DNA of 64,000 nt from Hemiscyllium ocellatum (lineage: Eukaryota). Position 1 is the first letter of the stretch; each line of letters begins with the position of its first letter. The stretch spans positions 31,978,468 through 32,042,467 of the forward strand of contig NC_083440.1 of NCBI RefSeq assembly GCF_020745735.1, in the 5' to 3' direction. The notes beneath the pieces were generated by a model. That model saw only the letters and a list, made by a program, of their open reading frames with translations, ran no database searches and was not told where the DNA came from. Positions 37,777 to 49,849 of this stretch are shown in pieces. A program made the position numbers and the translations under genes.

Positions 37777-38103
37777 TATTCAGCCTCCATTGTTTGAAAC
37801 TAGTCAGTGATTACTTCTACAAACCGTCTTAACTTGCAGTGCAGTATTAGTTCTGTGGGGTTTTATGCCAGTATCACTATTTAATTTGTAAAAGGGTTGG
37901 GTAATTATTGATACACCAGTTGGGGATTTTGAGAATCAGCTCATGTGTTACTCTGTGAAGTATAAAACAGTATTAAAATTTATCAAGAATGATCAGAATT
38001 CACTAGCGCAATTATGTGATGAAGATTTATCGTGACTTTGTTTTGCCTGTGGTTCTGAAAATTTAAAATGATGGTAGATTTTTGAATTGTTTTATGCAGA
38101 GCT

Positions 38104-38142
38104 AGTTATTGTGCGACCCAGTCCAGAGAATGTAACACTGTG
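38104..38142 (+). other. J 23-RSS: AGTTATTGT, 23 nt, CACTGTG
   Basis: Nonamer 38104-38112, heptamer 38136-38142. Confidence 0.93.
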
Positions 38143-38190
38143 ACTATCTTGATTACTGGGGCCAAGGGACCATGGTGACAGTGACTTCAG
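38143..38190 (+). CDS. IGHJ: JH segment (YLDYWGQGTMVTVTS)
   Basis: WGQG motif and a phase-1 donor GTAAGA at 38191. Confidence 0.97.
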
Positions 38191-38699
38191 GTAAGAACTT
38201 TGAACTTTCTTAGTGGCTTTTTAAAAACTTTCTATTCATGTGACTAATTTCTGAATTAAATGAAGCTCAGATTCTGTGCTGAGTTTGGTTTGGTTCGGAT
38301 TGATTTTTGTTCAGACTGATTATAGACTTCAGTTAATGCTTAGCAAATAGTTAAAATGGTGATGATGGAGTCAGTTGCTCGGTGTATCTCTTTTTTTTGA
38401 TCAGATGGGCATTCTATGTGGCTGGGTTACTTGAAACACCTAATGTCTCTTAATCAGTCAGCTATAAATAATGTTTAATGCCAGTGACACCCTGACTGTG
38501 AGTTTTATTATCAACAACAAACGCTAAGAATTCAAAGATGTTCAAGATATTACCAAACATGACTAAAATATGCTAAAATATCATTATTCATTTCCTGAAT
38601 ATATGCTCTTACCATGATTACATTTTCTCATTTATTTTGTGAATTTTGTTGATGACAAGCCGGTTAGAAACTGTCATAAAAGTTTCTTGCAGTGCTATA

Positions 38700-38950
38700 T
38701 TGCATTCTGTTGATTAGATTCTGAGTTTGTTTTACTTGATTCTGTTGAATTGAGTTGATTGGATTTTGGCTTTGTTTTTACTTGATTTTGTTGAATTGTG
38801 TTGATTGGCTTTTGGAATTGTTTTATTTGATTCTGTTGAACTGAATTGGTTGGATTCTGATGAAGTTTCATTCAAATCTTTTGTTTTGAGTTGATTGGAT
38901 TCTGATTTTATTTTCCTGGATTCTGTTGAATTGAGTTGATTGGATTCTTA
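38700..38950 (+). repeat. Degenerate ~45-bp G+T-rich minisatellite (~5 copies)
   Basis: GATTCTGTTGAATTGAGTTGATTGGATT-like motif at ~38738, 38784, 38829 and 38919. Confidence 0.75.
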
Positions 38951-40561
38951 TTCAGTTTGTGAAATTGATCTGCGTTTTCATGCTTTCTGAATTGGTGTTT
39001 TCTTTCTGGTGAGGAGATTGACTCTCTGGAATACTTTTCATTACCAATATTTGTGAAGTTCTTTTGTTTTTCATGAATCATTTCTGCATTTGTTAAACTT
39101 ATATGACACATTTTTCTCTGCTTGATTGAAAACATTACATCTATTTGTAACGGTCTGAAAAACAACTTAAGGCAGAAACCCGGAAGTGTGAGAAATGAAA
39201 AAAAACGAGTTTTTAATGCGTTGACTTTTTTAAAAAACTCCGTTCTAATTGTAAACGAACTGAATTTTGTTTTGAGTAGCCTCATTCAAAATAAAATTTG
39301 GGACTAAAATCTGAAACTGCAGAATTGATCAGATTACGTAATTGAAACTAACTTAAAATTATAATGTGGTAATATTTGTCCATTCAGTAATTTTGCTTTG
39401 ACCCTGAAGTGATTAATCAATATATGCCTTCAACCCCACTCTACTGTGCACTGCACAAGATTGTCATGATCAGGAAGGGTGTGCAGGTTGGAAATAAATT
39501 GAACTATTGCCAGAAACGTTACAGTTTTAAGTGTTAAGTCCCCTCACCAACAAGGTTGCTGTTATGACTTTTTATTTCTATTCAATTTAATCATTAGTTT
39601 GCTTGATTCTGAGCAGCTTTGTTAGACTTCAATTTGTTTTTTTTGTGAGGTTACATCATGTTCTTGGTTCTGTTGAAAATGTTTGCAGAGCTAGTTCTGC
39701 TGCAAACACACCGTGTTGTGATCTGGTGATCGTTGATCTGTTGAGGAGGGACTGTGCTTGGGGAACATTAAATGTGTTATATTTGGGAAACTGTTTCTGG
39801 TTTCTACATTGTTTTTGCAATGTTAACACGGTTGGTGACAGTGAACTGCTCTTTCCTCATTCAATACAGTCAGCATGCAAGTTAAAATTTCATAAAGCCT
39901 ATTATTAAGTGAAAGGCAAATCGCAAAGGTTTTAGAAATGAAGGGAAAACAGATACCTTCAGGCGCTATTTTTACTTAAAATAAATAATTAAGGATTAAT
40001 CTAATCCATGCTTTACAATCCAAATTCAAAACTCAACTATCTAGTTCAATCACAACGTCTGTCTTTAAACAGTTTACAAGTCATAGAGAAATATAAATAG
40101 AATTTCAAAAGTCTAATGTTCTAATAGTTCTTGCTCTTGAGCAAAAATGCCATGACTGTGCTATAATTGATCAAGAAACACCTTTCAATTCCGCTGTACA
40201 CGACATACATATTTTTCTGGCTGGAAAAGATCATTGGCAAAGACCATTTGGAAATTCTGCTCAAATCTATGAAGAACAGATCAGGTTCACTGCTTTGATC
40301 AGTTTCACACATAACTTGAGTTAATTAATTGTTATGTCCCTGATTAAAATGGATTTGCAGGATAAAAATAAAACATTAACTGAATTATTTAACCTGCACA
40401 GTACTTTAGGTGTTCCCAATCTGTGCATTTTAAATAAATAATTACATTTTACAACAAAATATCAACTGAAGAGTCATTCTTTCGGAAACAACTGCTATAG
40501 TGAGTTATGTGACCAAGGCCAAATTTCGAATTAATTAAAGTAATCCACTCATGAACTCGCA

Positions 40562-40900
40562 GGGCAGCATGGTGGCTCAGTGATTGGCATTGCTGCCTCA
40601 CAGCACCAGGGTCCCAAATTTGATTCCACCCTCGGGTGACTGCCTGTGTGGAGTTTGCACATCCTCCCTGTGTCTGCGTGGGTTTCCTTCGGGCGCTCTG
40701 GTTTCCTACCACAGTCTAAAAGAAGTGCAGGTCAGGTGATTGTGTAATTGAGCACAGCCATAGTGTTCAGGGATGTGTATGTTAGGGTGCATTAGTCAGG
40801 GGCAAATATAAATTAGGGGGAATGGGTCTGGGTGGGCTAATTACTGAACAGAGGGTCAGTGTGGAATTGTTGGGCCAAATGGCCTGTTTCCATACTGTAG
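40562..40900 (+). mobile_element. HE1-type V-SINE, older copy
   Basis: GGGCAGCATGGTGGCTCAGTG head, V-domain, and GGCCTGTTTCCATACTGTAG tail. Confidence 0.85.
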
Positions 40901-41144
40901 GAACTCTCCTCTTAAACCATGGGGGAACTTGCTGCAAACGCAGAGAATTCATTTTACATTGATGTGTTCAGGCGGATGCAGAGTTCACAAATTTGCAGAA
41001 GACATGAACTAGAGGATAACAGAGCACATTGTTTATTCAGACACTGAAAATAGAGTACTATTTATTTTAATTAATATACTTGACCAATTTATTGCAATGT
41101 AGCGATCGGAAGGAATCTACTCACATCAGTTCAGTGTGACAATC

Positions 41145-41437
41145 ATTTAGATTAGATTTCCTGCAGTATGTATCGGGCCATTTGGCCCAACAAGTCCACA
41201 CTGACCCTCTGAAGAGTAACCCACCCAGACCCATTCCCCTACCCTATATTTACCCCTGACTAATGCACCTAACACTATAGACAATATAGCATGACCAGTT
41301 CACCTGACTTGCACAACTTTGGATTGTGGGAGGAAATCCACACAGACACAGGGGAGATTGTATAAACTCCACATAGGCAGTCACCCGAGGCTGGAACCGA
41401 GCCTGGGTACCTGGATCTGTGAGGCAGCAGTGCCACA
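41145..41437 (-). mobile_element. HE1-type V-SINE, older copy
   Basis: Reverse-complement similarity to the other V-SINE copies, with a TTAGATTAGA tail. Confidence 0.8.
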
Positions 41438-42329
41438 TTTACTTAGACATCCGTTAAAGTGGGCAACTCCAGACAGAAGCATGTTTTCAATTCACACCTT
41501 TTTAAACATTTTAGTTCATTAAAAGTAGTTAACAAGAAAATAACCTTGCCCTAACTCCTTCAACAGAAATGCTTTCCACACTGGAATGCAGTATTGTTTA
41601 TGCAGTGCATGCAAAATCTCCACAGTTTGAGGAATATTTTAAGAATATGTAAAAATAATTTAGAGAATAACCCATTTCCTCCAGATCTGTGCTTTAATTG
41701 GCGATATTTCCCACCTCAATAATTTTGTTAAATGCAATGACTTATTAAGTTTATTAACTCAGTGGTTATTTATGTTCATTGTGAACACATTCTCATTCAC
41801 ATTAATCCACTGGTTAGTTCTTCTGATGAATATTCAATTACAGTGAATATATTTGACGTGAGGAGTTGAGCAATGTATCCTCTAGGATTAAGTCTGTTGT
41901 ACAGTTTGTTTCAGTGCTATCTCTGACTAACTTGTCAACGGTCCTGACCATTTGTAAATTGTCCAGTTGGGATACCTGAATCTCAGACAGTTCAGTTTCA
42001 TCTCGTGCTTCAAAACCACTTTGATCTGCCAGAAATACAATAGGTGCCTCAGAATTGAGAGCCCTGACTAAGTTGTTCCAATCAGAACAAACGTTTCAGG
42101 AACAAAAGGCAGATAGCAAGAGTTTTGAAATTGGTTGTTGGCAACAAGAGATATTTGATTGAGCGAGGCAGAGGGAAATATGCTGCATATTTTCTTTGTG
42201 CCTCAGTTATGCAGGAGATGTTTCGTGGCACAATGTAGAATCAGAATTTTTTTTGCATCTTATTATTTGAAAACCTATTATCAGATTTTAATGTCACTGG
42301 CAATGGTCATATTACACTTCAAAACATTT

Positions 42330-43280
42330 TAATCTTTTTCAAACTCAGTAGACCATCTGGTGCAGCAACAACCACAGGGGAAAGAGGAAGGGAGTTCGAA
42401 GTTGAAATCTAGTGACAGTGAATTGATGGCAATGCAATTCCTAGTTTTATTCCTCTGTAGTTCCCATAGAGTTTGAACAATTTGGAGCTGCTGTCAAAGT
42501 ATTCTTGGATAAATGTTGAAATGTTACTTTCATTGTACAAACATTCTGGAACAATCCCTGGTTGTTGGAAGGTGTTAATAACTAACATGTCAAACAGGTG
42601 GGCTATGTTCTCCGTGATAGTGTCGAGCTCATTGTGTTCAGGTCTGTTGTGAAGTTATAGTAGGGTCCCTGATTCTGTGCCAGGTGGCCTGTGTTCACTT
42701 ACAACCTGTTAGAGAGGTATGTAACACCATCTCTTATCAGGTTACTTCAATGCAAGAAAGCAGATTGAGATGTTTGGGTGTTTGTTGGAATTCCACTCAC
42801 AGAGGCCAGTGAAATCTATTCAGTCGCTGTTCTTACTTGTGTCTCTTAGATATTAAACAGAATTTTGGTGGTTAGCAGCTTTTTCCAGATCAATATTTGT
42901 TCACAAGCTTTTGGGCATCGCTAGATGGGGTTAATGGAGTAAGTGCTCAAAGAAATCCCAGCTTTTGACTTGCTGTTCTAACAATATCATTTATAACTAA
43001 TCCAGAATGAATCATTTCAAAGCATATTTGATGAGATTATGCTGAGACTGTTTTACTTTATATTAAACCAGTGCTGTAGCTGAATTTGATAGTTCAGTAC
43101 GGTGAGTGTTCTGCTGAATCCAACACTTGCAGCAGATGGTGATAGCTTTTCAGTTGGTCTTCCATTGCTATCTCAGACCATCCAGTATCTCTGCTAAGAA
43201 TTCTGTTTCCAACAGGAGTCAAGCCAACGTAATCACTGTTTATCTCAACAGATGTGAGCTCTTGTGTCAAAAACATGAAA
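42330..43280 (-). mobile_element. Very old LINE remnant (endonuclease-like region)
   Basis: Nucleotide resemblance only to the decayed LINE at 26990-28255; no intact motif recovered. Confidence 0.35.
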
Positions 43281-43288
43281 ACAATTTG

Positions 43289-43410
43289 GTGAAGAGGGGG
43301 TCTTTGGATGCGAAAGGTTAACCTTGCCTTCTCTCCACAGGAGCTGCTAGACCTGCTGAGTTTCTTCAGAAGTTTCTGTCTTTATTTTGGTTTTCTAGCA
43401 TTTAAAGTTT
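43289..43410 (+). mobile_element. Penelope-type terminal remnant with a decayed hammerhead-like core
   Basis: GTGAAGAGGGGGTCTTTGGATGCGAAAGGTTAACC...GCTGCTAGACCTGCTGAGTTTC. Confidence 0.5.
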
Positions 43411-44126
43411 GTTGTTTCATCGAAAAAAGTTCTGTTCGATTGAACAAGTTCTTCAGAGAAAAGATGCATTTGAACAAATTGCGAATGTTCAGAGATATTA
43501 TTGAATTTGAGTGCCCCGATCTCGAGCTGTAGTTTCACAAGAAACTATTATGAAGTAACAACACACTGCAGAGTGCAGTGGCTGCTGTAATTGGGTGGAA
43601 GTTATTTTGATCACTCAAATAGAGAATGTCAATGATCCCGTTCCAAATAATCAACAGAAGTTTTTTTAAAAGCATGTGTGAAACAATTAATTTGTTGAAA
43701 TATTTTAATGAGAAGTATTCACAGCCAGTGCAAGCTTAATGAATGACACAATGATAGGAAGGTAGGAACAAGAGGAGGGCACTCAGCCCCTCGAGCTGTT
43801 CCACCACTTACTTAGATCATGGTGCATCTGTGAGCTCAATCCCCAGGTCTCCCTTTGGCTAAAACTCTTTAACACCTTTGTTTAACAAGCAAAAACTATC
43901 CCAGATTTACTGATTCGACTGCCCATAACAAAGGGAGACACCATTTCTGAAAGACATTCCTGTGAGTACTGTGACACAATGAGGCTGGAATTAATTGCTC
44001 ATGAAAGTAAGCTTTAAATCTCTGACAATTTCCAATGGAAACATCCCAATCATCATATTTCATTAATTTAACACTATACTTCCCTGGAATCAAGAAATAT
44101 AATGTGTGATTGCCTTGCTAAAAATG

Positions 44127-44319
44127 AGGAGAAAGTGAGGACTGGAGATCAGAGCTGAAAATGTGTTGCTGGAAACGCGCAGCAGGTCAGGCAGCATCCA
44201 AGGAGCAGGAGAATCGATGTTTCGGGCATGAGCCCTTCTTCAGGAAGGGCTCCTTGGATGCTGCCTGCTCCTTGGATGCTGCCTGACCTGCTGCGCTTTT
44301 CCAGCAACACATTTTCAGC
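44127..44319. mobile_element. Palindromic Penelope-derived element, family 1, with a 15-bp TSD
   Basis: Inverted arms; TTGCTAAAAATGAGG at 44115-44129 and 44322-44336; minus-strand core CTGAAGAAGGGCTCATGCCCGAAACATC at ~44208-44245. Confidence 0.85.
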
Positions 44320-44421
44320 AGTTGCTAAAAATGAGGGAAGCTTCATTCCTATTATATGATTAAGCAATACCTCTGTTCATTTAGTGAAAACACAGTCAAA
44401 TCACACAAAAAGAAAACCATG

Positions 44422-44625
44422 ATTTGGAGATGCCGGTGTTGGACTGGGGTGTACAAAGTTAAAAATCACACAACACCAGGTTATAGTCCAACAGGTTTAA
44501 TTGGAAGCACACTAGCTTTCGGAGCGACGCTCCTTTGTCAGGTGATATTGGAGTGTCGCTCCGAAAGGTAGTTTGCTTCCAATTAAACCTGTTGGACTAT
44601 AACCTGGTGTAGTGTGATTTTTAAC
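44422..44625. mobile_element. Palindromic Penelope-derived element, family 2, with an imperfect TSD and a hammerhead-like core
   Basis: Arms AAAAATCACACAACACCAGGTTATAGTCCAACAGGTTTAATTGGAAGC / GCTTCCAATTAAACCTGTTGGACTATAACCTGGTGTAGTGTGATTTTT. The minus strand reads CAC-CTGACAA-A-GGAGC-GTC-GCTCC-GAAAG-CTA-GTG. Confidence 0.82.
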
Positions 44626-45189
44626 AAAGGAAACCATGTCATCTTGTGTAGACACACAAGTGCCTCAAATAATTTTCAATTCGTCCAGTGGTTGTTTGAA
44701 TCTCGAGACAGGTGTGGAAGTGTCAGACTTTTTATATCGCCTTGAGAAACCAGTTGTCATCAGTCTATTTGAATTGCTGAAGTTTGTGTGGTATTAGCAC
44801 ATTCACAGCGCTGTTAGGAAGTGAGTCCCATGGCTGTGATTGAGGAAGAGGAAATGGACAGGAAAATAGTTTAGAGTCATTTTGAAGTCTGATTTGGAGG
44901 AAAGCTTTACATGCATGTGTGCCCTTATCCTCAAGGATCACAATTTTGGAACATGCTGCCGAAGGGACATGTCAGCATGCAAAATGGAAGCTGAAGAAGG
45001 CATCTCGGCCTCTCTAGAAGGCTATTCCATTCATGGGATCATCATTAATCTTGCTGCTCACCAGTCTTCCCAACACTCGATAACATTGAACCTGACTGTT
45101 TCCTGTTCAACAAAAGAATGGTGAATTCTTTTGGAATTCTCCACCACAGAAATTCATAGATTCAAGACTCATCGATTCTTGAAAGCGTT

Positions 45190-45500
45190 GTCTCAAGTAC
45201 CTAGTGTGTTGAAGGTGTTTGGCACATGTACCTTCATTGGTCAGAGCACTGAGTGCAGGAGTTAGGGCTTCATGTTGTAACTGTCCAAAACATTGGAATG
45301 AACTGCCAGAGGAAGCGGTAAGTGCAGAGATCGGTCCCACATTGAGAAGACATTTGAACAGCTACAGGAACTGGATCGGTCTGGATGGATATGGGCCAAA
45401 GGCAGGCAAGTGGAATGAGTTTAATTTGGGAACTCTGGTCAGCATGGATGGGCTGGACCAAAGGAACTGTTTCTGTGCTGTACGACTTTATGACTCACTG
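45190..45500 (+). mobile_element. CR1-type LINE 3' end
   Basis: ORF fragment HWNELPEEAVSAEIGPTLRRHLNSYRNWIGLDGYGPKAGKW followed by a typical tail. Confidence 0.72.
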
Positions 45501-46124
45501 ACTTTATGGTGGAGGAGGCTTAAAGTTGGAAGGTGGTGAGCAAGTGAGGGGCTAGATTGGGCATGTGGGAGAGTTTGGGCTGGGAGGCTGGTTGGCTGGC
45601 TGCTGGGTAAGCTTGCGTGCACTCTGTCTGGCAAAAGGTGGCATCAAGGTAAATGGTAATGGTCACAGGATAATTTAGTCGAATTGTGCTTGGTAGGTGA
45701 GGGGTAGTTTGAGCTGAAATGCAGGAGGTCTGTCTTTGCCAGGCTGGTTTATGGAGAGGTGGGCAGTATGCCAGGCTGGTTAGTGTAGAGGTGGGCAGAG
45801 TGCCAGGATGTTTCGGGGGTGGAAGGTCACTGGAATGAAGTGACAGGTGGACATGTTGTCAAAATGCAAAGCTCGGAGTCTGGCAAAATGGTAGGTTGTA
45901 AAGCACAGATGCCAGCGGAGCTAGGATGCAATGTGCACAGGTTGTCTTGGGTAAGATGAGAGGTCAGTGATCAAGGGCTGAGGTCATGTCTTGGGTAGTG
46001 GGCTTTTGTCAGAGGTTGTGAAAATGATGGTGCCAGGTCCAGTCAGGGCCAGATTCGCCATGGGCCAGGTGCAGGGTGGCAGGAGTGTAAATGACTGAAA
46101 GGAATTGAGATCATATGTCCATCT

Positions 46125-46795
46125 GGAATATAGAATATAGAACATTACAGTGCAGTACAGGCCCTTCAAGCCCTCAATGTTGCGCTGACCTGTGGAACCA
46201 ATCTGAAGCCTATCTATCCTACACTATTCCATTTTCATCCATATGTTTATCCAATGATCTTTTAAATGCCCTTAAAGTTGGCGAGTGTACTATTGTTGCA
46301 GGCAGTGTGTTCCATGGCCCTACTACTCTCTGAGTAAAGAAACAACCTCTGACATCTATGCCCTCTCCTGCTAGCCATCACTATTCAAGGAAAAAGACTT
46401 TCACTGACCACCCTCTGTTTATCTTTTATGTCTCAATTAAGTCACCTCTCAACCTTCTTCTCTCAAACAAAAACAGCTTCAAGACCCTCATCCTTTCCTC
46501 ATTAAACCTTCCCGCCATACCAAACAACATCCTGGAAAACCTCCTCTGAACTCTTCCAAAGCTTCCACATTCTCTCTATAATGTGGTGACCAGAACAGTA
46601 CACAATACTCCAAGTGCAGCCACACCAGAGTTTTGTACAGCTGCAACCTAACCTCATGGTTCTGAAACTCAGTCCCTCTATCGATGAAAGCCAGCACAAA
46701 GTATGCCTTCTTAACAACTCTATCAAACTGGCTGGCAACTTTTAGGGATCTATGTACATGGGCACCGAGATCTCTCTACTCAGCTACACTACCAA
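46125..46795 (-). mobile_element. CR1-type LINE 3' part
   Basis: Minus-strand ORF LAFIDRGTEFQNHEVRLQLYKTLVWLHLEYCVLFWSPHYRENVEALE and an (ATAGA)n tail. Confidence 0.8.
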
Positions 46796-47269
46796 TATGG
46801 ATTGCCTTGGATGTGTTTTGTGTGATAGGGCTTGTGTGTTCTGGGCATGAATGGGTGTATAGCAGGGTAGGGTTTGCCAATGTGAGTGGAAATTTAGGTC
46901 TAGGCAGAGTAAGTGCAGTGGTTAGTCTGAGAGATGAGGTTTGGTGGTGAACTGCGTATCAATTTGATAGTTATTAAAGTTAAAGATTACTTGTTCATTT
47001 CTCAAATCATATTTACGTAAATACTCAGCTGTAACAGTCCAAAGTGTCTGAACCTTAATGGTTCTCCATTTTTCAGAGGCCTCCAGAATTCAGATCATTG
47101 TAAATGAGATGTTTCAACTTCCAGCCAATTGGCCTGAGTTCAGCCGTGACAGCCATCCTCCCCGTCCCAGTGCTCAGCTCCTGCCTGTGCTGCTGCTGCT
47201 GCAGTGACCTTCCTCCCAGAGAGAACATTCTGCCTTGCAGTGATAAGTGAGGAAGGCTCACTGGACCTG

Positions 47270-48740
47270 ATTTCCAAGTATGGGGACGGCAAACACGAGG
47301 GGACACAACTTTAAAGTGAGGGGAGATAGGTATAAGACAGATGGCAGAGGTAGTTTCTTTACTGATTGTGTAGTAAGGGTATGGAATGCTTTGCCTGCAA
47401 CGGTAGTAGATTTGCCAAGTTTAAGTACATTTAAGTTGTCATTACATAGAACATAGAAGGATACAGCGCAGTACAGATGTTGCGCCGACCGAATCCTACC
47501 TAACCTATACTAGCCCAATAACTTCCAAATGCCTATCAATGCCCGCTTAAATGACCATAAGAAGGAGAGTTCACCACTGATACGGGCAGGGCATTCCATG
47601 AACTCACAACCCGCTGTGTGAAGAATCTACCCCTAACCTCTGTCCTATACCTACCACCCCTTAATTTAAAGCTATGTCCCCTAGTAACACCTGACTCCAT
47701 TAGCGGTAAAAGGTTCTTAGTATCTACCCTATCTAAACCCCTAATCATCTTATACACTTCTATCAGATCTCCCCTAAACCTTCTCTTCTCCAATGAGAAC
47801 AGCCCCAAGTGCCTCAGCCTTTCCTCATAAGATTTTCCTACCATTCCAGGCAACATCCTGGTAAACCTCCTCTGCACTCGTTCTAAAGCTTCCACATCCT
47901 TCCTATAGTATGGCGACCAAAACTGCACACAATACTCCAGATGAGCCGCACCAGAGTCTTATACAACTGCAACATGACCTCAGGACTCCGGAACTCAATT
48001 CCTCTGCCAATAAAGCCCAGTACACCATATGCCTTCCTCACAGCACTATTTACCTGGGTGGCAACTTTCAGAGATCTGTGTACATGGACACCAAGATCCC
48101 TCTGCTCATCCACACTACCAAGTAGCCTACCATTAGCCCAGTAATCCATCATCTTGTTATTCCTACCAAAGTGAACGACTTCGCACTTAGCTACATTGAA
48201 TTCCATTTGCCACATTTCCGCCCAGCTCTGCAACTTATCTATATCCCGCTGTAACCTACCACTTCCTTCCTCACTATCCACAACTCCACCGACTTTTGTG
48301 TCATCCGCAAACTTGCTTACCCAGCTTTCAAGTCCTTCCTCTAGATCATTTATAAAGATAACAAAAAGCAATGGTCCCAAAACAGATCCTTGTGGTACAC
48401 CGCTAGTAACTGCGCTCCAAGATGAACATAATCCATCAACTACTACCCTCTGTCTCCTTCCAGCCAGCCAATTCCTAATCCAAACCTCTAATGTATCCTC
48501 AATGCCATACCTCCGAAGTTTTAGCATTAGCCTACCATGGGGAACCTTATCGAACGCCTTACTAAAATCCATATACACAACATCTACTGCTTTACCCTCA
48601 TCCACTTGCCTGTCATTGGACAGGCATAAGGATGTACATGGAATAGTGTAGGTGGGATGGGCTTCATATTAGTATGTCAGAGCAGCGCAACATGGAGGGT
48701 CAAAAGGCCTGTACTGCGCTGTACTGTTCTATGTTCTATG
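47270..48740 (+). mobile_element. CR1 3' end (47270-47443 plus 48611-48740) split by a younger insertion
   Basis: The plus-strand 3' UTR resumes after the nested element and ends in CTGTTCTATGTTCTATG. Confidence 0.75.
47444..48610 (-). mobile_element. Young 5'-truncated CR1-type LINE with a near-intact RT (one frameshift near 47945) and a 7-bp TSD
   Basis: ORF 47883-48605 (VVYMDFSKAFDKVPH, GVPQGSVLGP, KFADDTK) continues in ORF 47536-47928. TGTCATT occurs at 47437-47443 and 48611-48617. Confidence 0.93.
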
Positions 48741-48810
48741 ATTCACTCTGATTTCTCTCCGGGGGTACTGCCAGCTGTTGGGTATTTCCAGCAGCAGGGT
48801 ACCTAGTAGT

Positions 48811-49120
48811 GCAGCACGCTGGTTCCGTGGTTAGCGCTGCTGCCTCACAGTGCTAGGGACTCGGGTTCCATTCCAGGCTCGGGTGACTGTCTGTGTGGAG
48901 TTGGCACTTCCTCCCCATATCTGTCTGCATTTTCTTCCACAGTCCAAAGATGTACAAGCTGGGGGAATTGCAAATATTGTGTTCAGTGATTGGGAGGTTA
49001 GGTGCATTAGTCAGAGTTAACTGTAGCATAATAGGGTAGGGGAATGGGTCTGGATGTGTTTCTTTTCAGAGGGTGGGTGTGGACTTGTTGGGCCAAATGG
49101 CCTGTTTGCACACACTGTAG
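48811..49120 (+). mobile_element. HE1-type V-SINE, older copy
   Basis: Head GCAGCACGCTGG..GTGGTTAGC, V-domain, and GGCCTGTTTGCACAC tail. Confidence 0.8.
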
Positions 49121-49470
49121 AATTTCGATGAATCTGCATTTCCTTGGTTTGTATTTTGTGAAACTTCTCTGCTCTTCACAGCAATCCAATGAAAGTGTCA
49201 GTTGGTGAGATCTTCAAACAGTTCCTGGGGTGGGATCAGGATGTTCTTCTTCCTAAATGATATGGCAATGGTCAAGGTCAAGGGCATGTTTCTAAAGAGG
49301 GAACCAATGATCATGATCAGCAACTGGTAGGAAACAACAATAAACTCCAGTTATGCTGTAGACTTCAGCGGGAGCATACTGGCAAACGTTTCCAGCTGAG
49401 GATACATTTGAGTAACTGATAAGGTCAAATTAACAGAAACTAACATGCTCAATTGGTCATTCTATTGTAG

Positions 49471-49779
49471 AGACACCATCTCCCCCCACGCTATATGGCC
49501 TGGTCTCCTCCTGTGAGGAGCACAACACCGATTCGACAATCTTTGGCTGTTTGGTGATGGACTATTCTCCTGACGTCACCAAGGTAACCTGGAAGAAAGG
49601 TGGGGAGCTAATCACAGATGGATTGAAGACTTACCCATCAGTGAGAAACAAGAAGGGAACCTACACCCTGAGCAGCCAGTTAACCCTGCCTGGGTCAGCG
49701 GTAGATTGCCCCAGCAAAATCTACTGTGAGGTTGACCACAGCGGGTCACACTCACACAAGAGCAAAGAAATGCCATGTG
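49471..49779 (+). CDS. IGHM: IgM Cmu1 exon ([18 protein letters not shown]...[10 protein letters not shown]...VTWKK...IYCEVDH...EMPC)
   Basis: TTCTATTGTAG acceptor, C1-set Cys-Trp-Cys, phase-1 donor GTACGT at 49780; 309 nt. Confidence 0.96.
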
Positions 49780-49849
49780 GTACGTATTGTGGGAACTGAG
49801 ATAAACAGAGCATCTGGGATTAATATGAATAAGGCATTATTTATAACCA

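Noticed and set aside
36654-38190. Germline-joined (pre-rearranged) VDJ, which is common in cartilaginous fish
   Set aside because: V, D1, D2 and J are separate and each retains its RSS and intersegment DNA.
38908-39307. 125-aa and 61-aa ORFs downstream of JH
   Set aside because: AT-rich Lys/Phe/Asn-biased open frames with no recognisable domain or splice context.
47536-48605. Cellular reverse-transcriptase gene or domesticated RT
   Set aside because: It is 5'-truncated, frameshifted and TSD-flanked, so it is an ordinary CR1 copy.
38191-49470. Classical tetrapod-type switch region in the J-C intron
   Set aside because: No kilobase-scale AGCT/GAGCT tandem array is present; the intron is mostly SINE, LINE and Penelope debris.
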